64,000 nucleotides of DNA from NCBI RefSeq assembly GCF_009914755.1, contig NC_060946.1. One strand, 5' to 3'. Positions within the stretch are counted from its first letter, which is position 1; every line of letters begins with the position of its first letter. The position numbers and the translations under genes were made by a program. Below are positions 16,948 to 32,095 of the stretch, piece after piece. The notes under the pieces were generated by a model. The model was not told the DNA's origin and ran no database searches. It worked only from the letters and a program-made list of their open reading frames with translations. This DNA is from the human T2T-CHM13v2.0 reference genome, Homo sapiens.

Positions 16948-17664
16948 TCAGAACACCAGTGACCACCGTTAGGTGAGCAAGGCAGTAAAATTACAGAGCA
17001 AAATCTAACAGGCCAGAGCTTTCCTGGAAAAGAGGTTTCTCAGGAGCCAGCCCCAAACATATCCAAGGGCAGTTACCAGCCTTTAAGTCTGAGGTTTGGA
17101 TTTGAGAATTAACTTTGAAACTAGAGCCAACCCCAGGTTAAGGAGGGAGCAGAAGGAAATACAGGAAGTTGATGAATAAAAACAGAAAGTCTTTGGTACC
17201 ATGAGAGTGAGACACATCAATGCTCCCAGAGAACCTGGGGACCCAGCAAAATTCCTTCAGGGACCGTGAATATAGGAACCTTCTTTGCTGCTGCAGGGAT
17301 TTCAGATATTCTCCCAGTCTGAACCTGGTTTGGATTCTGGGCTCCCAACCTTGCTTCCAGTTTATAACTCAACCCAGCCACACTGGCCTCCATCTCCCCA
17401 ACATGCCCTGACGCATGACTCGCACAGATGCCAGACAGACAGAAGGGCAGACACCAAAACACAGAGCAAGAAAAGGGCAACAATAAACTTTTTCTGAACT
17501 TAAGCCTTTTAAAGATCAATAAGGTTGCTAGATCCCTAAATAATAGTATTTTTCACATTCAATGATTTAGAAACTCCAGATGACAAAAGGCTACTGTAAA
17601 TTCAAGTTTTAAAGTAAACTGGTATTTTGTTAATCATAATCACAGCATCATTTATATATAGTAA

Positions 17665-18328
17665 TGATACAAACACGAGGCAGAAGGGCAGGGTCCCTGG
17701 TGAGAGCCCCACCCTCAAGCCTGGACCCAAGGCCCTAAATGAGAACAAGCATTCCTGTTTTCGCACCCAAATGTTGCCTTTCAGCCCACCATGTCCCCCA
17801 TCATCCTGTGCCCATATAAAACCCCAAACCCCAGAATCCAGGAGCAGAAGAGTGGCAGAGGAGAGAAGAGAGGAAGTCGAGAGGAGTTGAGCTGGGGGCA
17901 GTTGAAGAGGAGATCGGCTGCAGAATGGCCAAACTCCAGGAAAAGATCACCTTCCCACTCCATCCCATCTCCAGCTCCCCATCCTGCTGAGAGCCACCTC
18001 CATCACTCAATAAAATCCCGCATTCACCATCCTTCAAGTCCATGTGACCTGATTCTTCCTGGACGCCAGATAATTCGGGATGCTGAACCCAAAAAGGCTG
18101 TCACACTGACTCTTAAGCCGTTTAACACTTAAGCCGTCCTCAGACAGGAGGGCTAAAAGAGCATTGTAACAACCCTAGACACTGCTGTGGGGCCAGAGCC
18201 CAAAAGTGCTCGCCTCGGCCCCTGTACTTGCTCACCTGCATGCTCCCCCTCCTGTAAGTGGTTTAAGCAAACCAGCCACACCCCTGTCCCAAGTACCTCG
18301 AAGGGGTCCAGGGAACTCTCCCATTTCA
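17665..18328 (+). mobile_element. Solo ERV1 LTR, MER50-like
   Basis: TG...CA termini, 4-bp TSD GTAA (17661-17664, 18329-18332), TATAAAA 17815-17821, AATAAA 18009-18014; body resembles recalled MER50 consensus. Confidence 0.85.
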
Positions 18329-18395
18329 GTAACATATAAATGTCTAATGTGTGTGTGTATGTGTGTGTACGGAGGCATTAAAAAATCTGTCTACA

Positions 18396-18688
18396 GGCCA
18401 GGCGTGGTGGCTCATGCCTCTAATCCCAGCACTTTGGGAGGCCAAGGCCAGTGGATCACCTGAGGTTGGGAATTCAAGACCAGCCTGACCAAGATGGAGA
18501 AACCCTGTCTCTACTAAAAACACAAAATTAGCCCAGCGTGGTGGTACATGCCTGTAATCCCAGCTACTTGGGAGGCTGAAGAAGAGAATCGCTTGAACCC
18601 GGGACGCGGAGGTTGCCGTGAGACAAGATCATGCCATTGCACTCCAGCCTGGGCAACAAGAATGAAACTCCATCTCAAAAAAAAAAAT
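18396..18688 (+). mobile_element. AluSp/Sq
   Basis: Full dimer; TSD-like CTGTCTACAG. Confidence 0.9.
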
Positions 18689-21639
18689 GCTGTCTACAGA
18701 CTATGCCTGGTGGGCACAGGACTGATGGAGCAGTCCCCTGGCAGTCACTCCCTAACTTGCTGGGGAGACAGGGCCACTGTGGGGGACCACCAGTGCTTTG
18801 AAGAGAGAACCCTGAGACAGACCCAGATCTGAAGATATATTAAGCTTCTCTGAGCCTATTTCCTCAACTGTAAAGTGGGAATCAAAGAGTCCCAAGGCAA
18901 GATGGTTGGCAGGCTCAGAGGCACCGATGGCTGTGCTACAATGGAGTTCTCTAAGGGCAATGCCATCACAAGTGCAGGGCACACATTCATGCATCCCATC
19001 TGCACAACAATCCTATCATGATCCCCATTTCAAAGGTGAGGTAGGTATCACAACCAATCTCAGAGCTGGGATTCAAGCCCAGGCAATCTGGTTGCAGAGC
19101 TCCTTACTAACAACAGCTCACTGCAGGCACTTGTAGCCCCAATGGACGGGGCCGGCCCAAGACCAAAACATGCCAGAGGCTTCTCCCTGAACCTCTGCTC
19201 CAGACAGAGGCCCTCCTATGGGGAAAAGCAACCCGGGTTCCAGGTCAGGACCCCAAAAGCCAGCCATCCTGGACAGCAGGATGCACAGGGAGTGGGTAGC
19301 AGGGCTTTGCAGCCTTTGTGGGGACTGGTAATTTGCCAACTCTACCCCAAGGAGAGAACTCCCCTCTCCCACCTGGTAACCCCACGAGTTCCCAATGGAC
19401 TGAGTTTGTCTCCACCTCCACCAATCACACTGCTAACATGAGGCTTTTGGAGGGTTTGGAGGATTGGAGGAGGTTTCTCTCTCTACTCACCTCTTTACTT
19501 ACTAGTAAGAGCTCATGTTATGTTAAACTATTTCTAAATTTCGTGAACCTGCAAGTTCCTAGTAGAGGCAGCAGAGAGAAAAGCATGGGCCCAAAATAGC
19601 AATTCTGGAAATGAGCGTACACCCAAAAAACTTTAAGGAAGGTGACTTGTCTGAGCTATAAGGGGAGGTGATGAGTCAGCCCCAACCCCCACATCAGCAA
19701 CTTCAGACTCACATTTGCAAGACTAAGAAGAAAAGAAATAAATCCAAAAGGAAATACAAGAAGCATTAAAGAAAATAACAAAGGATAAAACTGGAATTGA
19801 TTATATCCTTTCACTCAGTCTTCATAAAAGGAGACATACTGTGTGGCACTGCCGTGATCCAATCACATTGACTTTCTTCCCATGGCTTACAGGTGGTCAG
19901 GAGTACCCCTCTGGAGTACTGGAAGGCCCTGCTTTTGCGTGACTCTCAGGCAAGGCCCAGCTCTGGGCCCCAACAAGCACCCCAGGCCTAAAAAGCAGAA
20001 GGCACTTGAAGGGAGAGCACAAGCAGCCCTTGGGCCCCGTCCGACCTCAAATAAAACTTAGGCCAAGGGCTGCTATGGAATCACGTCTTGTGTTACCAAA
20101 AATCCAGTCTCGAAATAAATCAGCCCTATCAGTGCATGCCATGCCATGCCATACCACCCACCCAAGTCTAGGGCAGCTGAGCAGGGATTTCTCAGGGAAA
20201 TAAAATGGGAAGCTCCAAACGACAAAGGGGAGCTAAGAGCATATGGTTCTGGGCTTGGGAGTAACCGCCAGCTTAGCTGAAAAGCTCTAAGGATGACCAG
20301 AGGCTTCCATGAAGCCCCTGCCAGAACCTTCACCACACACACAACCAACAGCTCAGCCAGTTGCCAAGGCAACAGCAACCTAGACATGTTTAGGCATCTG
20401 TAGAAACCAGAGCAAAGTACAATTTCCACACTTGTGATAAAAATGCAGCCCCCAAAGCATCAAGCAAAGCATCACTCTAAAATTTTGTTTTACTGACAGA
20501 AGAAGCAGGACTGGGAGGGGAAGCAGGAAGCTGGGCAGCGCCTGGCAGAGCCAGTGCAGTCAGACGAGCCCTGAAGTGTGGGCACAAAAACCTGCCTGTG
20601 CTTGGGAAGCAAGACACTTGTATGCCTGTGCTGTTTGTGGCTGTTTCCTCTTATGTCTACCTTCCTGGGTAGTCAAGTCTCTTCATTTTGTTGTGAACAT
20701 CAGCTTTTCTTAGCTGGGATAAGAGGAACCAAGAAAAGTAAGCTTTTGCCCACAGTAAGGCAAGAGAACTAAAAGGGAAACAGCCCCTGTGGGGAGAGGG
20801 TAGACATGGTGGAGGCATCGCAGGAATTCTAGGGAGGGGACCCAGGGGTAAGCACTAAGGTCAGCTGGCCTGACCACTGCTCCCCACCTGGAGCCCCTCT
20901 CTGTCCCTGCTAAGCACCTTGTCCTTTGCAGACCCTGGCAAATGAGCCACCAGGAAAACAGGACACCACTCAGTCTGAGAGTGAATACCTAAGGGACAGT
21001 GGAGGGTAGGAAAGTCAGTCCATGGGGAGGGGACATGGTGACAAGTTCCACAGCAGACCAGAACAGAAAAACAAACAAGCAAACAAGGCAAGCAAGCACC
21101 AGTGCTATAAACTTCCCAGGTTCCCTTTGAGATGCTTGTCTCTGGAGATGAACAGAGCCAGGAACCCCCATGAGAGCAGCATCTAGAAGCTAGAGATGAA
21201 CTCTAAAGGACCACACGACCCCCAGGCTGCCTGGCAGAAAGAACCCTGCAGAGTCTTTCCAATATGCATCCCTTAAGTGAGGAAAAGAAAGCTAGAGAAG
21301 GTCTGTGAGATACCTACCGCGATGGCTGAGCTGATGCAGGAATGTGGCCATAAGCACTCACAACCTTGGGAACGTGGAACATTAGCTCCAAGGATTAATC
21401 ATCAAGTAGTAAGGATTTTCTAAAACAGCGTTCCTTGCTCATCAAAGTATGGCAACCAATTCAAGTAAAATGATATCCAGAAACTTAGGAAGGAAATGTG
21501 ACTCATTTAAGAAACCCTCACAGAACTTTCTTATCTCACAGATACTTGGAAGTTCTAAAGGCCAAGGCAGGCACTTTAAAGAGAAAGAATCCCCATTTTT
21601 TCACCCAAAAAATCAGAAAAATACACTTACAAGCAGCAA

Positions 21640-21940
21640 GACAGGCTTTCAAAACACTCTTAAGGTGTTCATACCCTTTAATACAAGATTTCTATTCTCG
21701 GGAATTTATCCCCAGGAACTAATTACACAGATGAAAAAGGATGAAATTATAAACTGCAAATTCATCTACATTAGCAAAAAAGTGGAAATAACCTAAAATG
21801 TCCAGCACTAGGGAATGTTTTAATCTCATTACGTCAACAGGATAATATAACCATTAATAATCTTTTTGAAGATGAAGGTAAAACATGGAAAATACTTGAG
21901 AAAATATTTAAGTGAATCTGAATAATACAATTATAACAAT
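21640..21940 (+). mobile_element. Ancient L1ME-like fragment
   Basis: GTTCATACCCTTT...GGAATTTATCC...GGAAATAACCTAAAATGTCCA. Confidence 0.6.
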
Positions 21941-22332
21941 GTCAGTTATTGAAAAGGAAACAGCGAGGTCAGTTCAAGCTCCAGATCTCTCCCATCTACA
22001 AACTGGATGGCCTTGAACTAGGCACCTGATCTCACTACCTACAGCTTCCTCACATTCAAACTAACAACCTCGAAGTGTTGCCTTGAGGCAGGACAGAGAC
22101 AACGTACCTCTCTTGCCTCTTCTGAAGCTTGGTACAAAGTTGGCAGGGAATAGGTTACTTGATCAAGATACACAAAAACCACTTTGTGCGTGGAAGGTAA
22201 ACTACAAAGAGTTTTTTACTCAGAACATTGTTTTCTATGTTGAACCTTCAATTTTTAAAAGATTTAAAGAAAGCAAAAAAGAAGTCATTTGACACAAAAG
22301 TGATGATTATCCCAAGCATAAAAACAAATATC

Positions 22333-22711
<379 letters not shown>

Positions 22712-24825
22712 TTACAAAGTGCAGTCCTCTACAGAAACACAATTTCTTCTCCCTTGTCTACCTGCTCTTTAACAGCATAAGATGCCTTTTAAAATGCATC
22801 TGCCGAAGATGAGGCACTCCTAAGCCAGGGCCTCTGGAATCTTCCTCCTGTCCCACGTGGGATGCATCATGGGGTGGGTGTACCAGCGAGTCACCCACGG
22901 CCTTGACCGCACCCCAGCAGCTCTCCCTTTTGTGCCCTTATCTCCCTGCTGTGTAAATGGTTGTAAACTTTCAGATTATTGAAACCAAGTTAGTTACAGA
23001 CATAGATGCCGTCTTAAGCAAAGGACACACATAATCTCCCTCATGTCTATGTTTCTCAGAGGTGGGGGAGAAAGATTAATTATCTTTTAAAGATGTTCAC
23101 ATCTGAGAGTGATTCACAACTTACTTATTCCAGCCAGCCAGAGGAGGTGAAATGAGTGTGGGCTTCGGTAGGCAGAGCACCAGCTCTGATGGTGACCCTC
23201 TGAAGGCCACTGAATCTCTCTGAGCTTAGGTTTACTGATGGATCAAGTGGAGAGAACACTATCTGGTTGCAAGAATTAAATGGGCAGGAATGTAAAGCTT
23301 CTTGAATGGTCCCTCAGAAACTTCAGAACATGGGGGCCTGTGCAGACAGCCCCTCACCACTGACTCTGCACCCCCCACGCACATCCTCCTTGGTGGCACA
23401 TGCCCAGTCTCCTTATCTGATGACACATTTGCAGGAGCAAAGGTCGCAATTGCTTAATTAAAGCATCACCACGTGCGAGCTAAGTGGCGAGCAGGCAGCC
23501 AGCTCCAGCCAATCAGACAGCTACAGAACCCACTAATAGCGGGCTTGGACGTCTGTACAGGGAGCACTGCCTGCTCTGTGGTTCCTCTGAAGACCACAAT
23601 TCATGATCTTGGCACGCTCGGTTGGCGACAACATAATTTAATATAATGAAAGACAAATGCAGTTTAAAACATGAAAATGCTCACAAACTACGGTTTGGGT
23701 ATCACTTTACATTAAGAAGATTTCATTTCATTCAATAGGAAACTTCAGAATACACAGTTGATCCTATCTAAAGACCACCCTGCAGGTCCAGGCAGAGGCC
23801 CCGTCACAGGCCTCCCTGGGCGCTCTGGGCTTGGGCTCAGAGGCCCATATGGGGTCCTGGCAGGTGGCCTCAGGCAAAACCACTCACCCCTTTAGCTCTG
23901 ACTCTCTTTCTCCTCTAAACAATGAAAAGGGAAACAAATCAACAAGGCTGTCCTGAAAACAAAATGAGGGCTATGGAAAGCTTCTTGGTAAAATGCAAAT
24001 GCCTAGACAACCAAGCTCTTTTTATTTATACTTATTTTAATTACAAAGTTATTACTTAAACATTAATCTAAAAGTAAAAGGGCAATGGTACTGTGTGGAA
24101 AACAAGGAGAAACTTCCTATAATTCTAAAGCCTTAACTATCACTGCTGCGTGTTATCTTAATACAATTTCACACAGGTGAGCAGTGCTCACACCTTTATC
24201 ATTTGCTTTCTAAGTCCTATTTCCCATCACCTAGGGATAAGCTATCATTACCAGTACTCCCTTCCAATCCTGAGTCACTACGTGTAGTCAAGCAACATCC
24301 CTTCACCCCAGGGTCAGGCTTTCTAGAATCCATCACATTAAACTCAGGCAGAGAATTACCAACCCAGAAGAGAGCAAGGCCTCTCTGCATGGCAAGGCTG
24401 CCCTCAAAACCCAGGGAGGATATGACCATCATCAGGCCCTTACCCCAACAAAAGGGCCAGGTGCCAACAGCAGCTTACAAAAGGTGGTGGGGAGAAAGAC
24501 AGGCCCTGTAAGTGCCAGGATATGAGGGGAGTCCATGCAGGGCCAGGGCAGGAGGCCTCACCCACACCAATGACCTGCGACTACACCCGTGACCCCGAGT
24601 CACCAAGGAAAGGTCCAAAAAGTTCTGGAAGGATTTTTAAATAGAACTGGATAAAATCACTTTGGGCACTTTAAAGGTATAGTTTGCTGGCAAATTCACT
24701 TACGTAGACTGATAGGAGAGTGACTGAATGAGCACTGTGACCAGGCACACATGCTGGGCTCCTGGGGTCCATCACCTCATGCTGCCCCGCCAAAATCCTA
24801 TGAGGAAGGGCTCTCAGTATCCTGG

Positions 24826-25324
24826 TGCAAAGGACTGCATGTATGGATCCCCTCAAAATTCATATGTTGAAATTCTACCCCTCAGTTTGATGGCATTAGG
24901 AAGTAGGGCCTTTGGAAGCTAATTAGGCAGGGCCCTCATGAATGGGACTAGTGTCCTTACAATTTTTTTTTTTTAGTTTTTGTTGAGATAGGGTCTCACT
25001 ATGTTACCCAGGCTGGCCATGAACTCCTGGCATCAAGTGATCCTCCTGCCTCAGCCTCCAAAAGTGTTGAGATTACAGGCATAAGCCACTGCACTCAGCC
25101 ACTCATGCCTTTATAAAAAGTACCTGAGAGCTCTCTCGCCTTCTTTCTGTCATGTGAAGCTATAAGAAGTCAGCAATCCGCAACATGAAAAAGGACCCTC
25201 CTCAGAACCCAACCATGCTGGTACCCTGATCTCAGACTTGCAGCCTACAGAACTGTAAGAAGGAAATTTCTGTTGTTTACAAGCCACCGCATCTTTGTTA
25301 TAGCAGCCCCAACTGACTAAGACA
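24826..25324 (+). mobile_element. MLT1A-like MaLR solo LTR, interrupted by a minus-strand FLAM (24963-25100), inserted in a MIR
   Basis: CAAAATTCATATGTTGAAA, GCCCTCATGAATGGGA, CAGAACTGTAAG...AAATTTCTGTTGTTTACAAGCCAC, end GACTAAGACA. Confidence 0.85.
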
Positions 25325-25458
25325 CTCAAGTTTTGGAGACATTGAAACATTTGGCCAAAAGCCGCACAGTCACCTAGTGATGGAGCTCGAACCCACACCC
25401 AAGGGCTGTATGACTCCAAAACCATGTTCCTAACCTCCAAAACCTTATTGCAAAATTA

Positions 25459-25840
<382 letters not shown>

Positions 25841-26227
25841 GAGAAGCAGAACCCACACAGCTACTGCATTCTCAACCAAACACGTAAATGCAGGTTAAGA
25901 GAATGAGTCAAGGCTGAGGCCATTCCCACTCGAAAAGCCCTTCTCATTAGAGTGGAGCCACTGCTTCCTAGGAACACAGATGGCAATCCTTGAGACTCCC
26001 AGAGACAGAGGTGACCTTTGTGAAATTGAGTCACCTGAATCACCCCTCCCCCATCTGCATCCCTGACTTCTCAACTGACATCTTGCTTCTCTGAAGATCT
26101 TCATCCCGGTATTTTAAATACCCAGAAACTGCTCCCCAGTGAACTGTCCTCCAGGAGAATATAAGGCAGGTCATAACCTGGAGCCTTCCCTGCCCCTAGC
26201 AGCCCCTCTCACACACACCTCTTGTTC

Positions 26228-26508
26228 TTTTTTTTTTTTTTTTTGAGACAGTCTCGCTCTGTCACCCAGGCTGGAATGAAGTAGCACTATCCTGGCTCAC
26301 TGCAATCTCTGCCCCCAGGTTCAAGCGATTCTCCTGCCTCAGCCTCCCGAGTACCTGGGTTCACAGTCACAAACCACCACGCCCAGCTAATTTTTGTACT
26401 TTTAGTAGAGACAGGGTTTTGCTATGTTGGCCAGGCTGGTCTCAAACTCCTGGCCTCAAGTGATCCGCCCACCTCAGCTTCCCAAAGTGTTGGGATTACA
26501 GGCGTGAC
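26228..26508 (-). mobile_element. Alu
   Basis: T-run plus reverse-complement Alu; TSD-like CTTGTTCTT. Confidence 0.9.
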
Positions 26509-27175
26509 CCCTCTCTCCCAGCCACTCCTTGTTCTTCAGAGCTCTGTAGCTCTGCCCAGAATGGTCCTTCACGTCAGCCCCACCTGGAGAGCACCTGTGG
26601 CTCTGGCACAATCCCTCCCAAGTCACTTCCCTGAAGGTCAGCTCTCTGTAGTGTCCTGAGGACAGTCAGACCCGCCCTCCTCTGTCGTGCAGTACTTTGT
26701 ACACACTACTATCTGGTACCGCCACAATGAAAAGAGAAGTTTCCAGGCCTGCTGCCTATACTGAGCTGCCTTTACAGAGCAGCCATCATCTTTATCTCAG
26801 GATTCCAGAGCTGCAGGCAGAGCCAGGGGCACCAGGCATGCAGTGGCCAGGACCACTACCTCTGACTCACCCTGCCTGTTGCCTTCCACCCACAGATGCT
26901 CCCTCCACATGAGCCACTGAGATATCCTCCAAACACTCTCAGTCCAGGGAGTGAAATGAAAATAAAAAGCAGGTACTTCCACGGGCAGCTTAATGGAGTG
27001 CCCCAGCTGGCTGCAACTCTATCAATAGTCACATCACACATGACATAACAGGAAGACAGGTGGATTCTCCACACACACTCCACATTGAGTGATGCCTGCT
27101 GTGTGCAGTACTATCAGCTTCCATGTCTGAGTATTCAAAACAGCTTTCAGAAATACATCAGAAGTATTCTTTTAA

Positions 27176-27556
<381 letters not shown>

Positions 27557-28859
27557 TAAGTTCAGTGTTCTTTTACATATATGAGCTCTTTATATAGCTC
27601 AGAATGTGTACTCTTTCAATAAACCAAAAAAATTAGTCCATAAAATGTTAGGAATCTAGCCAGAAGGCCACAAGCAGCCACTGTTGGACAGTCCTGGCCA
27701 CTGGCACAATCCACACCCAACTTTCAAACCCACCCAGCGGCTCTGGGCCCAGGGAGGGGCCTCCTAGACTGCAGAAAGCATCTCATCTGTGAGGACATAC
27801 TTGGATAGGACAAGTGAGACATTTGGAATTTTTACTTAACATTTATTTCACAACTTTCTCAAGTGCTAAGCAACTGAGAAGTAGTCATTTTAATGTACTC
27901 TTTCATCAATAAGCATTAAATAAGTCTGCTCAAAACACTCAAGCCCTACAAACTGTCCCTATGAAAAATGTGGCAAGAAAAAATAACAAAAACAAATAAG
28001 TAGCCTTTTCACATACAGAAAAGGTGTTTAGTGATCCAAATTCAGAGAGAAAAACAGTCCTTTCCGGCAGATGAACAAATAGTTTCCTCTACGAGTGACA
28101 CATTCTGGGATATTTGAACTGCCAAACATAACTCATAATGACAACCACCAAGGAAGCAAAACCTAATGGAAAAGCCCCAGGATGGCAACCAGGAGCCCCA
28201 GTTCTGGTCCCAGGACGGCCTCTGGCTGTTTGCTCCATCAACGTGCTGACCAAGCCTGGCCCACTTTCTTCATCACAGGAAGGAATATCTATTGCCACCT
28301 GTACCACTCAGAAATGTTTTGAGGACAAAAGAATGAGAGGTGAAAGTGCTTTGGAATGTGCATCTTCTATAAATACAAGTCATCATTATTATTAGCTCAA
28401 AGATGACCAGGAAAATAGGATTACAGAATATCACAGGTGAGAGGGAGCTTAGAGATGGAATAATCCAGTTCTTAATCTGGGTCCACGCCTATGAAGCTGT
28501 CCCCCTTCGTGGGAAGGGGTCACAGTTGCTATCAGATTTGCAAAAGGTGAAGGTCCTCTAAGTCCTTCATTTTACAAATATGAAAACTGAGACCTGGAGT
28601 TCTGTGCTGATTGTCCCAGACCTCAGGGTTGGTCAGGGAAAGGCTGGACAAGAGCCCAAGGCTCCTAGTCTCCATCCACGCTCCTCCCCCTCTGTCATCT
28701 CATATTCTTGGGAGGAAAAATAATCATATAAATTTTATCTGGCCACAGAATATGTACTATAAACCACCACACATGCACTTTCCAAAGGTACAGCAAAATC
28801 TCTAGCCTTATTTATCATTTTTAAGGCTTCTTGCGAGGTCTTTGATAGTTGAGACATCA

Positions 28860-29175
<316 letters not shown>

Positions 29176-29264
29176 CCATTTTATTATTTCTATATTCTCA
29201 TCTCCGTCTAGTTCAGTGCCTAAAATCAAGAAACACGCAAATGATTTTTTTAGGATTGAAAATA

Positions 29265-29760
29265 GGCCAGGTGTGGTAGCTCACACCTGTAATCCTAGCA
29301 CTTTGGGAACCCGAGATGGGAGGATCACTTGAGGCCAGGGGTTTGAGACCAGCCTGGCAAACATGGCGGAATCCCATCTCTGTTTAAAAATACATATATA
29401 TATATATTTTTTTTTAATTGAAAATAAAAAAGACCGGCCAGGCACGGTGGCTCACGCCTGTAATCCCAGCACTTTGGGAGGCAGAGGCGGGCAGATCACG
29501 AAGGTCAGGAGATCAAGACCATCCTGGCTAACATAGTGAAACCCCGTCTCTACTAAAAATACAAAACATTAGCCAAGTGTGGCGGCGGGCGCCTGTAGTC
29601 CCAGCTACTTGGGAGGCTGAGGCAGGAGAATGGCATGAACTCGGGAGGCGCAGCCTGCAGTGAGCCAAGATCACACCACAGGGCACTTCCAGCCTGGGCA
29701 ACAAAGCGAGACTCCGTCTCAACAACAACAACAACAAAAAAAGACAAGAAAGGAAAAGAA
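29265..29760 (+). mobile_element. FLAM (29265-29390) and AluY-like element (29436-29760)
   Basis: TSDs ATTGAAAATA and AAAAAGACC; (CAA)n tail. Confidence 0.88.
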
Positions 29761-30642
29761 AAAAGACCTTATTCTAGGAAACAAGAAAGACTCTATGGTG
29801 CTTTAAGTTTTATTAAGCAAACAGATGAACATGCATTTATGGGAATAAGCACAATTCAATAGGTAACTTAAGGAAAGGTGGTTTTTATTTGTTTTATGTG
29901 TGCTTTTCATCAAAATGTCAAAACTTGTGCTCTTTGGTGGCCACTGTCCCTCAAGTAGTTACCTTTGGAACTGCAGAGATACCAAAAAATGATGTATTGT
30001 GCAGAATAATTTGAGAATTCTTTGAAGCCTGTCTCCAGTCCACAGACAGAGCATACTCATCTGAACACTAAAATTCTGCAGAAATTCCTACAAAACTATC
30101 CCAAGAACCACCACTGGGACGCATCTGGAGTCTGTCTGGGGCAGGGACGAATGATACTTTCTGGTATGTGAGGGATCAGTGCCCTGGCCATAAGGAAAGA
30201 CTCTACCTGTGGAATGCAAACTGCCTTCGTAACTAAGGCATTGCTGCACTGCCCTCAGGTATGCAGCTACCATTCCAAACAACCTAACTGGAAAAAAACT
30301 AAGCCAGCACTATTGCTCACATGAATGTGGTCATTAATCGCATAATCTACAGGGCGGCCTCCACAAAGCTGCCATTACAATCTGATGGCAGATAAAGCAG
30401 GCCCGAGTCAGCTGGGAGGTTCACATGAAGGTGGCCAGAGAGCATCTGGTAAATGCCACTGCGAACTCTAAACACAAGGTGCCATCACTATTATTAAAGA
30501 AACTTTTCGATCTGTTTGATATTCCACAACATCCGGAATCATCCACTGATAACCCCTTCAGAATCAGTAAGCCTGAGCATGACGCCCTTAACACAGCACA
30601 GACTTTCAAGGTATAGAGAAGAAACAAAAGGCAAGGACATCT

Positions 30643-31331
30643 GCGAGGCCGAGGCGGGCAGATCACTGGAGGTCAGGAGTTCCAGATCAGCCTGGCCAAC
30701 ACTGTGAAACCCCATCTCTATTAAAAATACAAAAACTAACCAGGCAAGGTGGCAGGCGCCTGTAATCCCAGCACTTTGGGAAGCTGAGGTGGGCAGATCA
30801 CCTGAGGTCAGGAGTTCCAGATCAGCCTGGCCAACATGGTAAAACCCCATCTCTATTAAAAATACAAAAACTAGCCAGGCAAGGTGGCAGGTGCCTGTAA
30901 TCCCAGCACTTTGGGAGGCCAAGGCAGGTGGATCACAAGGTCAGGAAATCGAGACCATACTGGCCAACACGGTGAAATCCCGTCTCTACTATAAATACAA
31001 AAATTAGCCAGGCGTGGTGGTGGATGCCTGTAGTCCCAGTTACTCAGGAGGCTGAGGCAGGGGAATCACTTGAACCTGGGAGGCAGAGGTTACAGTGAGC
31101 TGAGATCGCACCACTGCCTCCAGCCCGGGCGACAGAGCGAGACTCTGTCTCAAAATAAATAAATACATACATACATACATACATACATACATACATACAT
31201 ACATACAAACATACAAAAACTAGCCAGGCAAGGTGGCAGGCGCCTGTAATCCCAACTACTGAGGAGGCTGAGGCAGAGGAATCATTTGAACCTGGGCAGA
31301 GACTCTCTCTCAAAAAAAAAAAAAAAAAAAA
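30643..31331 (+). mobile_element. Composite Alu: duplicated 135-bp left-arm unit, inserted AluS with (TACA)n tail, residual right arm
   Basis: 44-bp segment ATACAAAAACTA(A/G)CCAGGCAAGGTGGCAGG(C/T)GCCTGTAATCCCA occurs three times. Confidence 0.88.
31163..31206. repeat. (TACA)n tetranucleotide STR
   Basis: About 11 units in an Alu tail. Confidence 0.93.
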
Positions 31332-31489
31332 AGCAAGGACAAATGCCCCTCTGCTCCCACTCCAGAAATGCCTGGCCATCAGAGATGTGGATGGGTATCC
31401 AGGATTAGGGAAAAGTTCATGTTATCTCCCTGCAGAATGCTATGTTGGTGGAAATCCAGAATTTTTTTTAAATATATGCATACTTTTAG

Positions 31490-32095
<606 letters not shown>

